Origin: an uncultured Prevotellaceae bacterium
Lineage (GTDB): Bacteria; Bacteroidota; Bacteroidia; Bacteroidales; UBA3663
Reading direction: 5' to 3'
Assembly (NCBI GenBank): GCA_964495625.1
Contig: CAZBWT010000004.1
Location: 1 to 36,733 of the forward strand
Length of the DNA: 36,733 bases
The notes under the pieces are model-generated. The model had not been told where the DNA came from. It saw nothing but the letters and a program-made list of their open reading frames with translations, and did no database searches. Position numbers and translations under genes: made by a program. Positions 1-8,090 of this stretch are shown here, in pieces; within the stretch, counting starts at the first letter, position 1; every line of letters begins with the position of its first letter.

Positions 1-12
1 CATGAAGAATAA

Positions 13-1701
13 TCATCCCTGCTCATTACGAGCCTCAAGAACATTGATGATGAAGTCGCCGAGCTTCTCGCACTCGTGAATCATATCCATATAGATAGTG
101 CCGCTCTGGTAGGTATATTTGCCTTGCTGCACGTTGCCGATGTTCTCCTCGCGGAGTGCGGTGCGCAGGGTGTTGATGGCGCGCTCACGCTCGTAGGCAT
201 GCTGCATATCGTCGGGGCTGGGCACGGGTTTATGCATATCTGCCACCATGCCGTCCATAGCGGCACGGGTCAGGGCGAGCATCTTATCGACGTTCGCCTC
301 CTGCTCAGGAGTGAAGACGATGTTGGCATCGCGACGACGCACCACCGAACGCGCTAAGTTGTAGCAGCTGTCGCCAATGCTCTCTAACTCATCGACGGCA
401 CGGAACAGTGAGTGTACGCTCGCTGCCGCATGGCGCGAAATGCTGGACTTATCCATGTTGTTGAGGTAGCGAACTATCTCTAACTCGAGGCGGTCGGTGA
501 TCTTCTCGTACTTCTCTATGCGGCTGAAGGTGTGGCTATGCAATCCGCCGTCAGAGGGCATGTGCACAAACTCGCAGGTCAGCTCGAACATGCGCTGCAC
601 ACGTTCGCCAAAGGCTACGGTCTCTTTGCGCGCCTCGACGAGGGTCAGCTCGGCGGTGGAGAGCAAACCTCCCCGGATGAATTTGAGGTGGAACTCCTCT
701 TCGTCGTTGTCGTTGACGGGGATGAGCATGCAGAGCAAGTGGTCGAAGTAGGGCACAAAGCCGATGAGGAGCATCGAGGTGATGAGGTTGAAGCCCGTAT
801 GGTATAACGACACCGCCAACGCTAAGGTGGCGGGGGTGGCTGCCTCAGCACCGCCCGAGGTGAGCGAAAGCAAGAGGTCTGACACGGGGTAGATGAGCGG
901 CAGCGCCCAAATCATGCCCGCCAAGTTGAAGTAGAGGTGAGCATAGGCAGCGCGGCGCGCCGAGACGTTGGCATGGTAGGCGGCGACGATGGCGGTGAGC
1001 GTGGTGCCCACATTGTCGCCCACAATCATGGCTGCCGCCATGGGGAAGGAAATCCAACCGCCACAGCAGAACAGCATTGCCAACAAGATGGTGGCTGAGG
1101 AGCTTTGGAATAAGGTGGTGAAGAAGATGCCGATGGTCCAGAAGAGCATCACAGACCAAAAGCCGCTGCGCGTAAGCTCGTCGAAGATGGTCTGCAGGCG
1201 AGGAAAGGATTCGTTGAGCATCGGCAGCTGGTCGATGCATGCCGACAAGCCCAAGATGGTCAGTGCCAAGCCTATCAGCACCTCGCCGATGGGTTTGCGC
1301 TTGATGCGGCTGGAGAACATGAAGGGAAGGGTGAAGGCTATGGCGGGTATGGCTAAGAAGCCCATAGGAACCCAATAGCCGCAAAGGGCTATCATCCACG
1401 CAGTGATGGTGGTGCCCACGTTGGCACCCATCACGATGGAGATAGATTGACGCACGGTCAAGAACCCGGCATTGACCAGGCTGACCGTCATCACAGTCAT
1501 GGCTGAGGAGGACTGTATGAGTGACGTAATCCAAGCTCCGACGCTGAAGGCCTGAAAGCGGTGGTGTGAAACGGTGCGCAGCGAGGCTCGCATGCGCGGA
1601 CCGGCGATTTTCAAGACCCCTTGGCTCATCACGCGCATTCCGTAGAGGAACAGCCCGATGCAGCCTAATATGCCGAGTAGGAGCAGAACATTTTGACCCA
1701 T
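13..1701 (-). CDS. Na/Pi cotransporter family protein with C-terminal PhoU-like helical domains
   Basis: Two repeats of the QSSSA...GANVGTT / GDNVGTT signature, multiple TM helices, and a C-terminal PhoU-like region (E..TDRLE, DELESIGD, ECEKLGD). Confidence 0.92.
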   Translation of the reverse strand: MGQNVLLLLGILGCIGLFLYGMRVMSQGVLKIAGPRMRASLRTVSHHRFQAFSVGAWITSLIQSSSAMTVMTVSLVNAGFLTVRQSISIVMGANVGTTITAWMIALCGYWVPMGFLAIPAIAFTLPFMFSSRIKRKPIGEVLIGLALTILGLSACIDQLPMLNESFPRLQTIFDELTRSGFWSVMLFWTIGIFFTTLFQSSSATILLAMLFCCGGWISFPMAAAMIVGDNVGTTLTAIVAAYHANVSARRAAYAHLYFNLAGMIWALPLIYPVSDLLLSLTSGGAEAATPATLALAVSLYHTGFNLITSMLLIGFVPYFDHLLCMLIPVNDNDEEEFHLKFIRGGLLSTAELTLVEARKETVAFGERVQRMFELTCEFVHMPSDGGLHSHTFSRIEKYEKITDRLELEIVRYLNNMDKSSISRHAAASVHSLFRAVDELESIGDSCYNLARSVVRRRDANIVFTPEQEANVDKMLALTRAAMDGMVADMHKPVPSPDDMQHAYERERAINTLRTALREENIGNVQQGKYTYQSGTIYMDMIHECEKLGDFIINVLEARNEQG

Positions 1702-1778
1702 GTGTGCTACAATGTCTTAGAAAAGAAATGATAGGCACCCGCTTGCCACCTGCGGTGGTGACCACGACGGATGCGAAG

Positions 1779-1786
1779 CAAAAGTA
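1779..1786 (-). promoter_or_regulatory. Bacteroidetes -7 promoter element for the Na/Pi gene
   Basis: TACTTTTG on the minus strand (TAnnTTTG consensus), about 78 nt upstream of the ATG. Confidence 0.6.
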
Positions 1787-1991
1787 GCGAAAATTATCGG
1801 ACAGACCGTCAGTTGCCGCTTAAAAAGTGGCTTTTTTGCTGATTTTGGCTATGATATAGTCACTTTCGTGGAATTTCTCTATAAATTTACGGTGTGAAAT
1901 CGTGGCTATTGTGCGCCTCTGCAAGGTGCCCCACATGCCGCCCTCAGCTAAGAAATTTCAATAAGCATTCCCGCTAATATTCATTAACGAT

Positions 1992-3650
1992 ATGACAGAA
2001 ACCAAAATCTTTTGTGGCAACGACCATACGTTCTACACCGTAGCCAAGGGCTCGACCCTCGGCGAGCTGTATGAACGCTTGCCCAAGAAGCTGCCCTACC
2101 CCTGTGTCGGCGCTAAGGCTAATGCCCACACGGTGGACTTGAATTACGAGATTTATAACCCGCAAGATGTCACCTTTCTCGACATCACGTCGCCCGCCGG
2201 CATGCGCGTCTATGTGCGCACGCTCTGCTTTGTGCTGTGTTGCGCCGCCGCCGAGATTTGCCCCGAGAGCAAGGTGCGCATTGAACATTCGGTGTCACAC
2301 AACTATTATGTGAAGTTGGTGGGCAAGACGCGCCCCTCGGATGTTGTGTGCCGACACCTGCGCGACAGGATGCAGGAACTGATTGATGCCGACCTCCCCT
2401 TTCACCGCATTCAAGCGCATACGCGCGACGTGTGTGAGTTGTTTCGCAGCCGCGGCTTCGACGATAAGGTGGCGCTGTTGGAAACGAGTGGTCAGCTTTA
2501 TGCCACTTATTATGAGATGAACAATTATGTGGACTTTTATTATAGTTCACTGCTGACCTCAACCGGCGGACTGCAGGTGTTCGACCTCATCCCCTTTGCC
2601 GAAGGGATGCTGTTGGTGGTGCCACAGAGTGCCAACCCGACGCAGTTGGAGCCGGTGGTGCCGCAGCCTAAGTTCATGCAGGCTTTAGCCGAAGCCTCTG
2701 CCATCAACGATGCCGCCGAGCTGCAAAATGTGGGGTTCTTGAACCGTGCCATCGAGCAGGGGCACGTGGGCGACCTCATCCTCTTTAACGAGGCGATGCA
2801 AGAGAAGCAGCTCGCCAAGATTGCCGAACAGATTGCCGCCCGCCCCGCGGTGCGCATGGTGCTGATTGCAGGTCCCTCGTCGTCGGGCAAGACCACCACG
2901 TCTCGCCGCTTGTCGGTGGAGCTGATGACGTGCCTCAAGAAGCCGGTGGCTCTGTCGATGGATAACTGGTTTGTGAACCGCGCAGACACTCCGCTCGACG
3001 AGTTTGGCGAGAAGGATTATGAGTCGGTCTACGCGCTTGACCTAACGCAGTTTAATCGCGACCTGCAAGACTTGATTGATGGGCGCGAGATTCAGCTGCC
3101 GACCTATAACTTCCAGACCGGGCAGCGCGAGTATTCGGGCAAGACTCTCCGCTTGGAGCCGAACACGATGCTCGTGATTGAGGGCATTCATGCACTGAAC
3201 CCCGTTTTGACCGAGAGCATCGCCGAGGAGCATAAGTTCCGCGTCTATGCCTCGGCGTTGACTTCTATCTCGCTCGACGATCACAACTGGATTCCCACCA
3301 CCGACAACCGTCTGCTGCGTCGCATCATTCGCGATTATCAGTATCGCGGCTGTTCGGCTGCCGAGACTATTCGACGCTGGGCAAGCGTGCGCCGCGGTGA
3401 GGAGAAGTGGATCTTCCCCTTCCAGGAGCATGCCGATGCCATCTTTAACTCGGCGATGATTTACGAGATTTCAGCCATACGAGACATGGCTTCGACGGTG
3501 CTCCGCGAGGTGCCGCACGACTTGCCCGAGGCTGCCGAGGCTCACCGCCTGCTGCACTTCTTGGACTACTTCAAGCCGATACGCGGGCAGGAGATTCCCC
3601 CCACATCGCTGCTGCGCGAGTTCCTCGGCGGGTCGGTGTTCGAGCTTTAA
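1992..3650 (+). CDS. Nucleoside (uridine) kinase / PRK family protein with N-terminal ThrRS-like (TGS/editing-like) region
   Basis: P-loop IAGPSSSGKTTT, SMDNWF, VIEGIHALN, DNRLLRRIIRD, RGEEKWIFPFQE and PPTSLLREFLGGS. The N-terminal ~270 aa resemble the ThrRS N-terminus. Confidence 0.88.
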   Translation: MTETKIFCGNDHTFYTVAKGSTLGELYERLPKKLPYPCVGAKANAHTVDLNYEIYNPQDVTFLDITSPAGMRVYVRTLCFVLCCAAAEICPESKVRIEHSVSHNYYVKLVGKTRPSDVVCRHLRDRMQELIDADLPFHRIQAHTRDVCELFRSRGFDDKVALLETSGQLYATYYEMNNYVDFYYSSLLTSTGGLQVFDLIPFAEGMLLVVPQSANPTQLEPVVPQPKFMQALAEASAINDAAELQNVGFLNRAIEQGHVGDLILFNEAMQEKQLAKIAEQIAARPAVRMVLIAGPSSSGKTTTSRRLSVELMTCLKKPVALSMDNWFVNRADTPLDEFGEKDYESVYALDLTQFNRDLQDLIDGREIQLPTYNFQTGQREYSGKTLRLEPNTMLVIEGIHALNPVLTESIAEEHKFRVYASALTSISLDDHNWIPTTDNRLLRRIIRDYQYRGCSAAETIRRWASVRRGEEKWIFPFQEHADAIFNSAMIYEISAIRDMASTVLREVPHDLPEAAEAHRLLHFLDYFKPIRGQEIPPTSLLREFLGGSVFEL

Positions 3651-3714
3651 TGCGAGCACCGAGTGGCTCATGGTCGGATTGGGGTGACTCATCGGCTGAT
3701 TGTGCGACTTACCT

Positions 3715-3763
3715 ACAACAAAAGGGTCGGTATCTTTGCGGATGCCGACCCTTTGTGTTGTTT
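3715..3763. terminator. Probable bidirectional intrinsic terminator between convergent genes
   Basis: AAAGGGTCGGTATC-TTTGCG-GATGCCGACCCTTT stem, flanked by A-rich and T-rich tails. Confidence 0.8.
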
Positions 3764-3772
3764 GGGACTTGT

Positions 3773-4663
3773 TTATTCTTCTGAGAGGCTGTATAACCCT
3801 TTCTTCACCACCCCGGTGATGATGGGCTTGCCTTTGTAGCCGATGTTGCCGCTGCCGATGCGGTTCACCGAGAGTTGGTCGGTGGCATAGCATTCCACAT
3901 CGCCGCTGCCGATGACCTTGACGTTGACGGTCTGCGCCTTGAGGGTGCTCGCCTTGACGTTGCCGCTGCCGATGACGGTGAATGCAGCCTCGCCGCAACG
4001 ACCTTGCAACGTCACGTCGCCGCTACCCTTCACCGAGGTGGAGAGTTTGGTGGCTTGCACGTCGCTCAGCTTGAAGTTGCCGCTGCCGTTGACCGAAGCA
4101 CTCACGGTGGTGGCGCAGAGCGATGTGCCTACGACATCACCGCTGCCGTTGGTCAAGAGGCTGAACTCATTGCACGTGCCGCTGTCGAACTTCACATTGC
4201 CGCTGCCGTTAATCACGGTGCGCAGCTTGGTGTTGAGGGTGAAGGGGGCTTGTATGTTGATGTCGCCGCTGCCGTTGAGCAAGATGGTCTCCACCATCGG
4301 AGCCGAGACGGTTAGCGTCATCACCGTGTTGCGCGGCATGACTAAGTTGCGCCCCACCTTGTTGCGGAAGACGAGTTTACCGTCTTTGACGTACACCTCC
4401 ACATCGTCTGCCACATCGGCGGGCACAGAGAGTTGCGCCGACATTTCGCCGTCGGTGGGTGTGAAGAGGATGTCGCCGCTGGTGGCGAGTTCGAGCTTGT
4501 TGAATTGGGTCAGTTCTATGGTGCGGAGCACCTGCCCCGAGGCGGAGGTTGCCGCCGTTGCCTGAGTGATGGGTATAAAGGCATGACGGAAGAGATTGGC
4601 AAACATGCCCAACCCCATCAAGACGACCAATGCGCCTGACAGAAAGACTTTATAGTTTTTCAT
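3773..4663 (-). CDS. Head GIN domain (DUF2807) beta-helical putative adhesin
   Basis: N-terminal hydrophobic segment, 19-20 aa repeats of (N/I/K)GSG(D/N)V, and terminal GSGNIGYKGKP. Confidence 0.88.
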   Translation of the reverse strand: MKNYKVFLSGALVVLMGLGMFANLFRHAFIPITQATAATSASGQVLRTIELTQFNKLELATSGDILFTPTDGEMSAQLSVPADVADDVEVYVKDGKLVFRNKVGRNLVMPRNTVMTLTVSAPMVETILLNGSGDINIQAPFTLNTKLRTVINGSGNVKFDSGTCNEFSLLTNGSGDVVGTSLCATTVSASVNGSGNFKLSDVQATKLSTSVKGSGDVTLQGRCGEAAFTVIGSGNVKASTLKAQTVNVKVIGSGDVECYATDQLSVNRIGSGNIGYKGKPIITGVVKKGLYSLSEE

Positions 4664-4695
4664 ATCTCATAGTTTTGGGTTCGTCACCGGGAGAG

Positions 4696-5709
4696 TCAGC
4701 GCACCGACAGTGCCACGCGGAAGCCCACGTTGCCGATGGCATCGTAGAAGCTCTGGCTGAGGGTGCCGTCTTCTTTATAATAAGAGCCGATGATGAACTT
4801 CTTGCGGTTTGCCACCGAGAAGTCTACGGCATTTTGCTGCACCCAGCTGCCGCCACGAATGATGAGCGTGTCGCCGCCCATGGCTCCTTGAGGGTTGATG
4901 GAGTCGGCTGCGGCATATTTGTAGTAGCTGTTGGCTACCCATTCCGAGACGTTGCCACACATATCATAAAGACCCAACTCGTTGGGGGGTAACTCGCCGC
5001 CGGCATGCACACCATAGTTGGTGGCTCCCACGCCTTGAGCTTGCGCGGTGGCATAGCACCAGGCTATGTCAGAGTAGGTGTCGGAACCGGCGAATTTGTA
5101 GCCTAATGAGTAGCGTCCGCCTCGAGCGGCACACTCCCATTCTGCCTCGGTGGGGAGGCGGAAGTCTAAGCCAGTCTTGCGGCTCAATGCCTGCACGAAG
5201 CGGGTGGCATCGTCGTAGGAGATGTTGTAGGCGGCTATGTTGTCTCCCTTGCCGGTGGCTTCATACCACGCCGTGTTGCGCACCTGGGTGGGCACCTTGC
5301 AGTAGTTGCCGGTGGGCAGGGTATCCATCACTGCCATCCACTCGCCCTGAGTCACTTCGTAGCGCCCGATGTAGTAGTCGGGCATCCGGACGGTGATGAC
5401 CGGACCGACCCAGGTGGCGGTGTCGCTCTTGGTGAATGAGGAATAGTAGTTCGCCTTGGTGGACGATGAGATTTGTGCGCCCATGTAGAAGTAGCATTGC
5501 TGCACCTTCACCATGTTGGTCAGGAGGTTGCTGATGACCTCGCGCTGCGCAGCTGTGACATCGGAAGCCCACGACACTTCGCCCACCGCAAAGGTCTCGG
5601 AGGTGGGTATCTCGGCATCGTCTTCATCGCAAGAGGTGGCTAAACACAGGAGGGCGGCGCAAAAGAGAAGCGTCCGCAAGGTGCTCTGAATTTTCTTTTC
5701 TTTCTTCAT
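4696..5709 (-). CDS. Formylglycine-generating-enzyme (FGE/SUMF1, C-type-lectin-like fold) family lipoprotein
   Basis: Lipobox LATSC followed by acidic DEDDAE; motifs YEVTQ, RLPTEAEWE, PNELGLYDMCGNVSEW, RGGSW and GFRV. Confidence 0.9.
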   Translation of the reverse strand: MKKEKKIQSTLRTLLFCAALLCLATSCDEDDAEIPTSETFAVGEVSWASDVTAAQREVISNLLTNMVKVQQCYFYMGAQISSSTKANYYSSFTKSDTATWVGPVITVRMPDYYIGRYEVTQGEWMAVMDTLPTGNYCKVPTQVRNTAWYEATGKGDNIAAYNISYDDATRFVQALSRKTGLDFRLPTEAEWECAARGGRYSLGYKFAGSDTYSDIAWCYATAQAQGVGATNYGVHAGGELPPNELGLYDMCGNVSEWVANSYYKYAAADSINPQGAMGGDTLIIRGGSWVQQNAVDFSVANRKKFIIGSYYKEDGTLSQSFYDAIGNVGFRVALSVR

Positions 5710-5810
5710 TACTTGGAGCTATTCTATAATCAATATGGTTTGTTTTCCCTTCAAGCCTCGCAGCACAGTTAGGCGACGAAGTGCCGCTGACTGAGTGGCT
5801 TGAATCTGCG

Positions 5811-5818
5811 CAAAGGTA
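5811..5818 (-). promoter_or_regulatory. -7 promoter element for the FGE-GIN gene pair
   Basis: TACCTTTG on the minus strand, about 100 nt upstream of the ATG at 5709. Confidence 0.6.
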
Positions 5819-5850
5819 CGCGAAAAGCGAGTAGCATCAAAATAAACGGC

Positions 5851-7260
5851 TCAAAATCGTAGTGTTACGCTGTCGGGCAGGGTTGTATCACTTAATTTTA
5901 GTGCCATAAACGGTACTCCCGCCACTGCAACATCGTCGTCGTGGAGGAAGCGGTAGGCTTCGTCGCAATGTGCCCGCCACCCCGGCATGGCTTGGTAGCC
6001 GACGCGTCGATAGAGGGCGGTGAGCGCCACATTGGCGGGCAGGAGCACCGCCACGTCGTAGCCCTCGGCGCGCAGGTGGTGCCGGGCGCGGTCAAGCAGG
6101 GCGGTCATGAGTCCGCGCCCGCGGTAGTCTGAACGGGTGCTGACGGCATAGAGGTAGACGGCACGCACCCCGGGTTGCTCGTCAAGCTGCACGGGCAGGA
6201 GGTGGAGTGCCGCAACGAGGGCTCCGTCTTGAAGCGTGTAGAGCACGCGGTCGCGGCTATAGCGGGTGTTGAAGAACTCGGTGATGAAGGCTTCGTCGTC
6301 GTGGAAGGCATCGACCCACAGGGCAGTCAATGCCGCCCGCAGCCGCTCGTCGCTCCACACCTCTTGGCGCTGCACCACCATCCACTTGTGGAGCAGTTCG
6401 GCGGGGTGGTAGGAGAGCTTTGCCTTGCGTAGTCCCTCGATGCCTAAGTCTTCCTCGCGGTTGACGTAGGTGTATTGTTCGGGCAGCGAGGCGGCGAAGC
6501 ACTTATTGACCATGGTGTATGCCCCCTCGACCTGCGGGTCGGCTTTCTCGACGTGCACGGCAAAGGTGTCGGCATTGACCGGACTGCCGTAGGTGAATGC
6601 CACCAAGCGACCGTCTACGTCGAGTCTGCCGCCACGCAGTCCGAGCAGGTCGTAGTGAGCAAAGGCAAAGCGGATGGCGCGGAGTTCGTCGTCTTGACCG
6701 TCGTCGAGGGTCTGCCGGTCGAGCCAGCTTTGCGCTAAGGTGAGGCACTCGGCGGCATCGCTTGCCGCAAGGGGGCGATATTGATAGTGGGGTGTGAGGC
6801 GCAAGAATTGGTTCACATGGTTGCGCTTGGACTGCAGGTGCTTGCCGCTGAGGGTTGCCAAGGCTGTGCGCAGGTAGATGTAGTCGTTGTAGTCGCGGTC
6901 ATTGATGTAGTGGAAACCTTTGGGCAACAGCGTTTCGAGCTGCGCCTTCAGCGCATCGCTCACACCGCAGAGACAGAGGTCTTCGCCCATCGCCGCCGCA
7001 TCGTTGGCCATCAGGCTAAGAACGGTGCGGAGGTCGCCGGTGCCCACGGGTGCCATGTAGGCGAGGCGGCGGTGCGCCCCAAAGTGGAAGCGGAGCACTA
7101 AGAAGTCAGCGACACAGGCATATTCGGTGTCGTAGAGGAATTGCCAGCAAAGCATGTTGGGCACGGCAAAGTCGCAGTTGCGATAAGGTGAACGTAAGGT
7201 GTAGGCTCGCAGCAGGTCTATCACCTCGGTTGAGAGCGAATGGAATAGTAGGGGTTTCAT
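5851..7260 (-). CDS. DUF2156 (phosphatidylglycerol lysyltransferase-like) domain fused to a C-terminal GNAT acetyltransferase
   Basis: DYIY...LSGKHLQSKRNHVNQF, VHVEKAD and YVNREEDLGIEGLRKAKLSYHP (DUF2156); then YLYAVST..YRGRGLM (acetyl-CoA motif A). Start placed at ATG 7260 because a -7-like TATTTTCG (7269-7276) lies inside the longer ORF. Confidence 0.85.
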   Translation of the reverse strand: MKPLLFHSLSTEVIDLLRAYTLRSPYRNCDFAVPNMLCWQFLYDTEYACVADFLVLRFHFGAHRRLAYMAPVGTGDLRTVLSLMANDAAAMGEDLCLCGVSDALKAQLETLLPKGFHYINDRDYNDYIYLRTALATLSGKHLQSKRNHVNQFLRLTPHYQYRPLAASDAAECLTLAQSWLDRQTLDDGQDDELRAIRFAFAHYDLLGLRGGRLDVDGRLVAFTYGSPVNADTFAVHVEKADPQVEGAYTMVNKCFAASLPEQYTYVNREEDLGIEGLRKAKLSYHPAELLHKWMVVQRQEVWSDERLRAALTALWVDAFHDDEAFITEFFNTRYSRDRVLYTLQDGALVAALHLLPVQLDEQPGVRAVYLYAVSTRSDYRGRGLMTALLDRARHHLRAEGYDVAVLLPANVALTALYRRVGYQAMPGWRAHCDEAYRFLHDDDVAVAGVPFMALKLSDTTLPDSVTLRF

Positions 7261-7319
7261 AACGGCGGCGAAAATACGCATTATTTGTTCGGGTTGTTCC
7301 GTTAAAACACTTTTCGCAC

Positions 7320-7362
7320 AAAAAAATCCCGCCTGCGGAACCTTTTTTTTCGCAGGCGGGAT
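7320..7362 (-). terminator. Intrinsic terminator after DUF805
   Basis: ATCCCGCCTGCG/CGCAGGCGGGAT 12-bp stem followed by a T-run on the minus strand. Confidence 0.85.
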
Positions 7363-7390
7363 GTCAGTAACACATCGTCAGCTGACGGTG

Positions 7391-7708
7391 TTATGCTTTG
7401 GGGTTAGTTCCGTATTGGTTGTTGCCGGGCTGACTGTCTTGCGCTAAGAAGTAGATGAGCACTAAGTTCACAATGGGCACCAGGCACAACAAGAGCCACC
7501 AGCCGCTGCGACCGGTGTCGTGCAAACGGCGCACACCCACAGCTATGCTTGGCAAGATGGTGGCGATGCCCACAATGATCTGCACCACCGGAATACATGA
7601 GGCAATGAAGATTGCCAATGCAAACCACCAATATTCAGAACGACGCGCACGCCCCTCGAAGGTTACGTACTTCGAGAAACAAGTTTTGATAGATTCAAGA
7701 AAATCCAT
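7391..7708 (-). CDS. DUF805 (YhaH-like) membrane protein
   Basis: KYVTFEGRARRSEYWWF, VRRLHDTGRSGWW and N.YG.NP motifs. Confidence 0.93.
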   Translation of the reverse strand: MDFLESIKTCFSKYVTFEGRARRSEYWWFALAIFIASCIPVVQIIVGIATILPSIAVGVRRLHDTGRSGWWLLLCLVPIVNLVLIYFLAQDSQPGNNQYGTNPKA

Positions 7709-7794
7709 GGTTGAATGTTTTAGAAGTTGATATTAAAGTTGATAATGCGATATCTTGGTCGATACCTTAATGTGATGCTAAAGGTTAATTGCCG

Positions 7795-7802
7795 CAAATA
7801 TA
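7795..7802 (-). promoter_or_regulatory. -7 promoter element for DUF805
   Basis: TATATTTG on the minus strand. Confidence 0.6.
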
Positions 7803-8063
7803 CACATTAATTCATAGTTCGCTCATTATCACTGCAGTTTTTTCGAGCAAGAGCTATGCAATGCCCCAACCAAGGCATTTGCGAAAGCCTGCCAACGACC
7901 TCTTGACAAAGAGCATCGGCACAAGCGGAAGGAAGAGGTTGCACAGTAGCATAATGTTGGCAAAATAACCGGTTCCGATGTAACAATGTAGCTGTGGCGT
8001 GGCGATTTTTCGGTTTTTTGCGGCTTTGAGTGTCAAAATGTTGTGTTTTCAAGAGCTATTCAC

Positions 8064-8071
8064 TACTTTTG
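8064..8071 (+). promoter_or_regulatory. -7 promoter element for the TPR-LuxR regulator
   Basis: TACTTTTG 19 nt upstream of ATG 8091. Confidence 0.6.
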
Positions 8072-8090
8072 TGGTACTCAATATCATAAG

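Noticed and set aside
3845-4280. Periodic CGCTGCCG repeats about 57-66 nt apart, CRISPR-like at a glance
   Set aside because: They encode the GSG turns of the GIN beta-helix inside an ORF. The repeats are too short and no cas genes are present.
4696-4870. Complete diversity-generating retroelement
   Set aside because: No reverse transcriptase, accessory gene or template repeat is visible in the window.
8043-8090. Longer N-termini from the ORF track (also 7261-7281, 17561-17698 and 23352-23411)
   Set aside because: They overlap promoter elements or the upstream gene. Downstream ATGs give family-typical starts.
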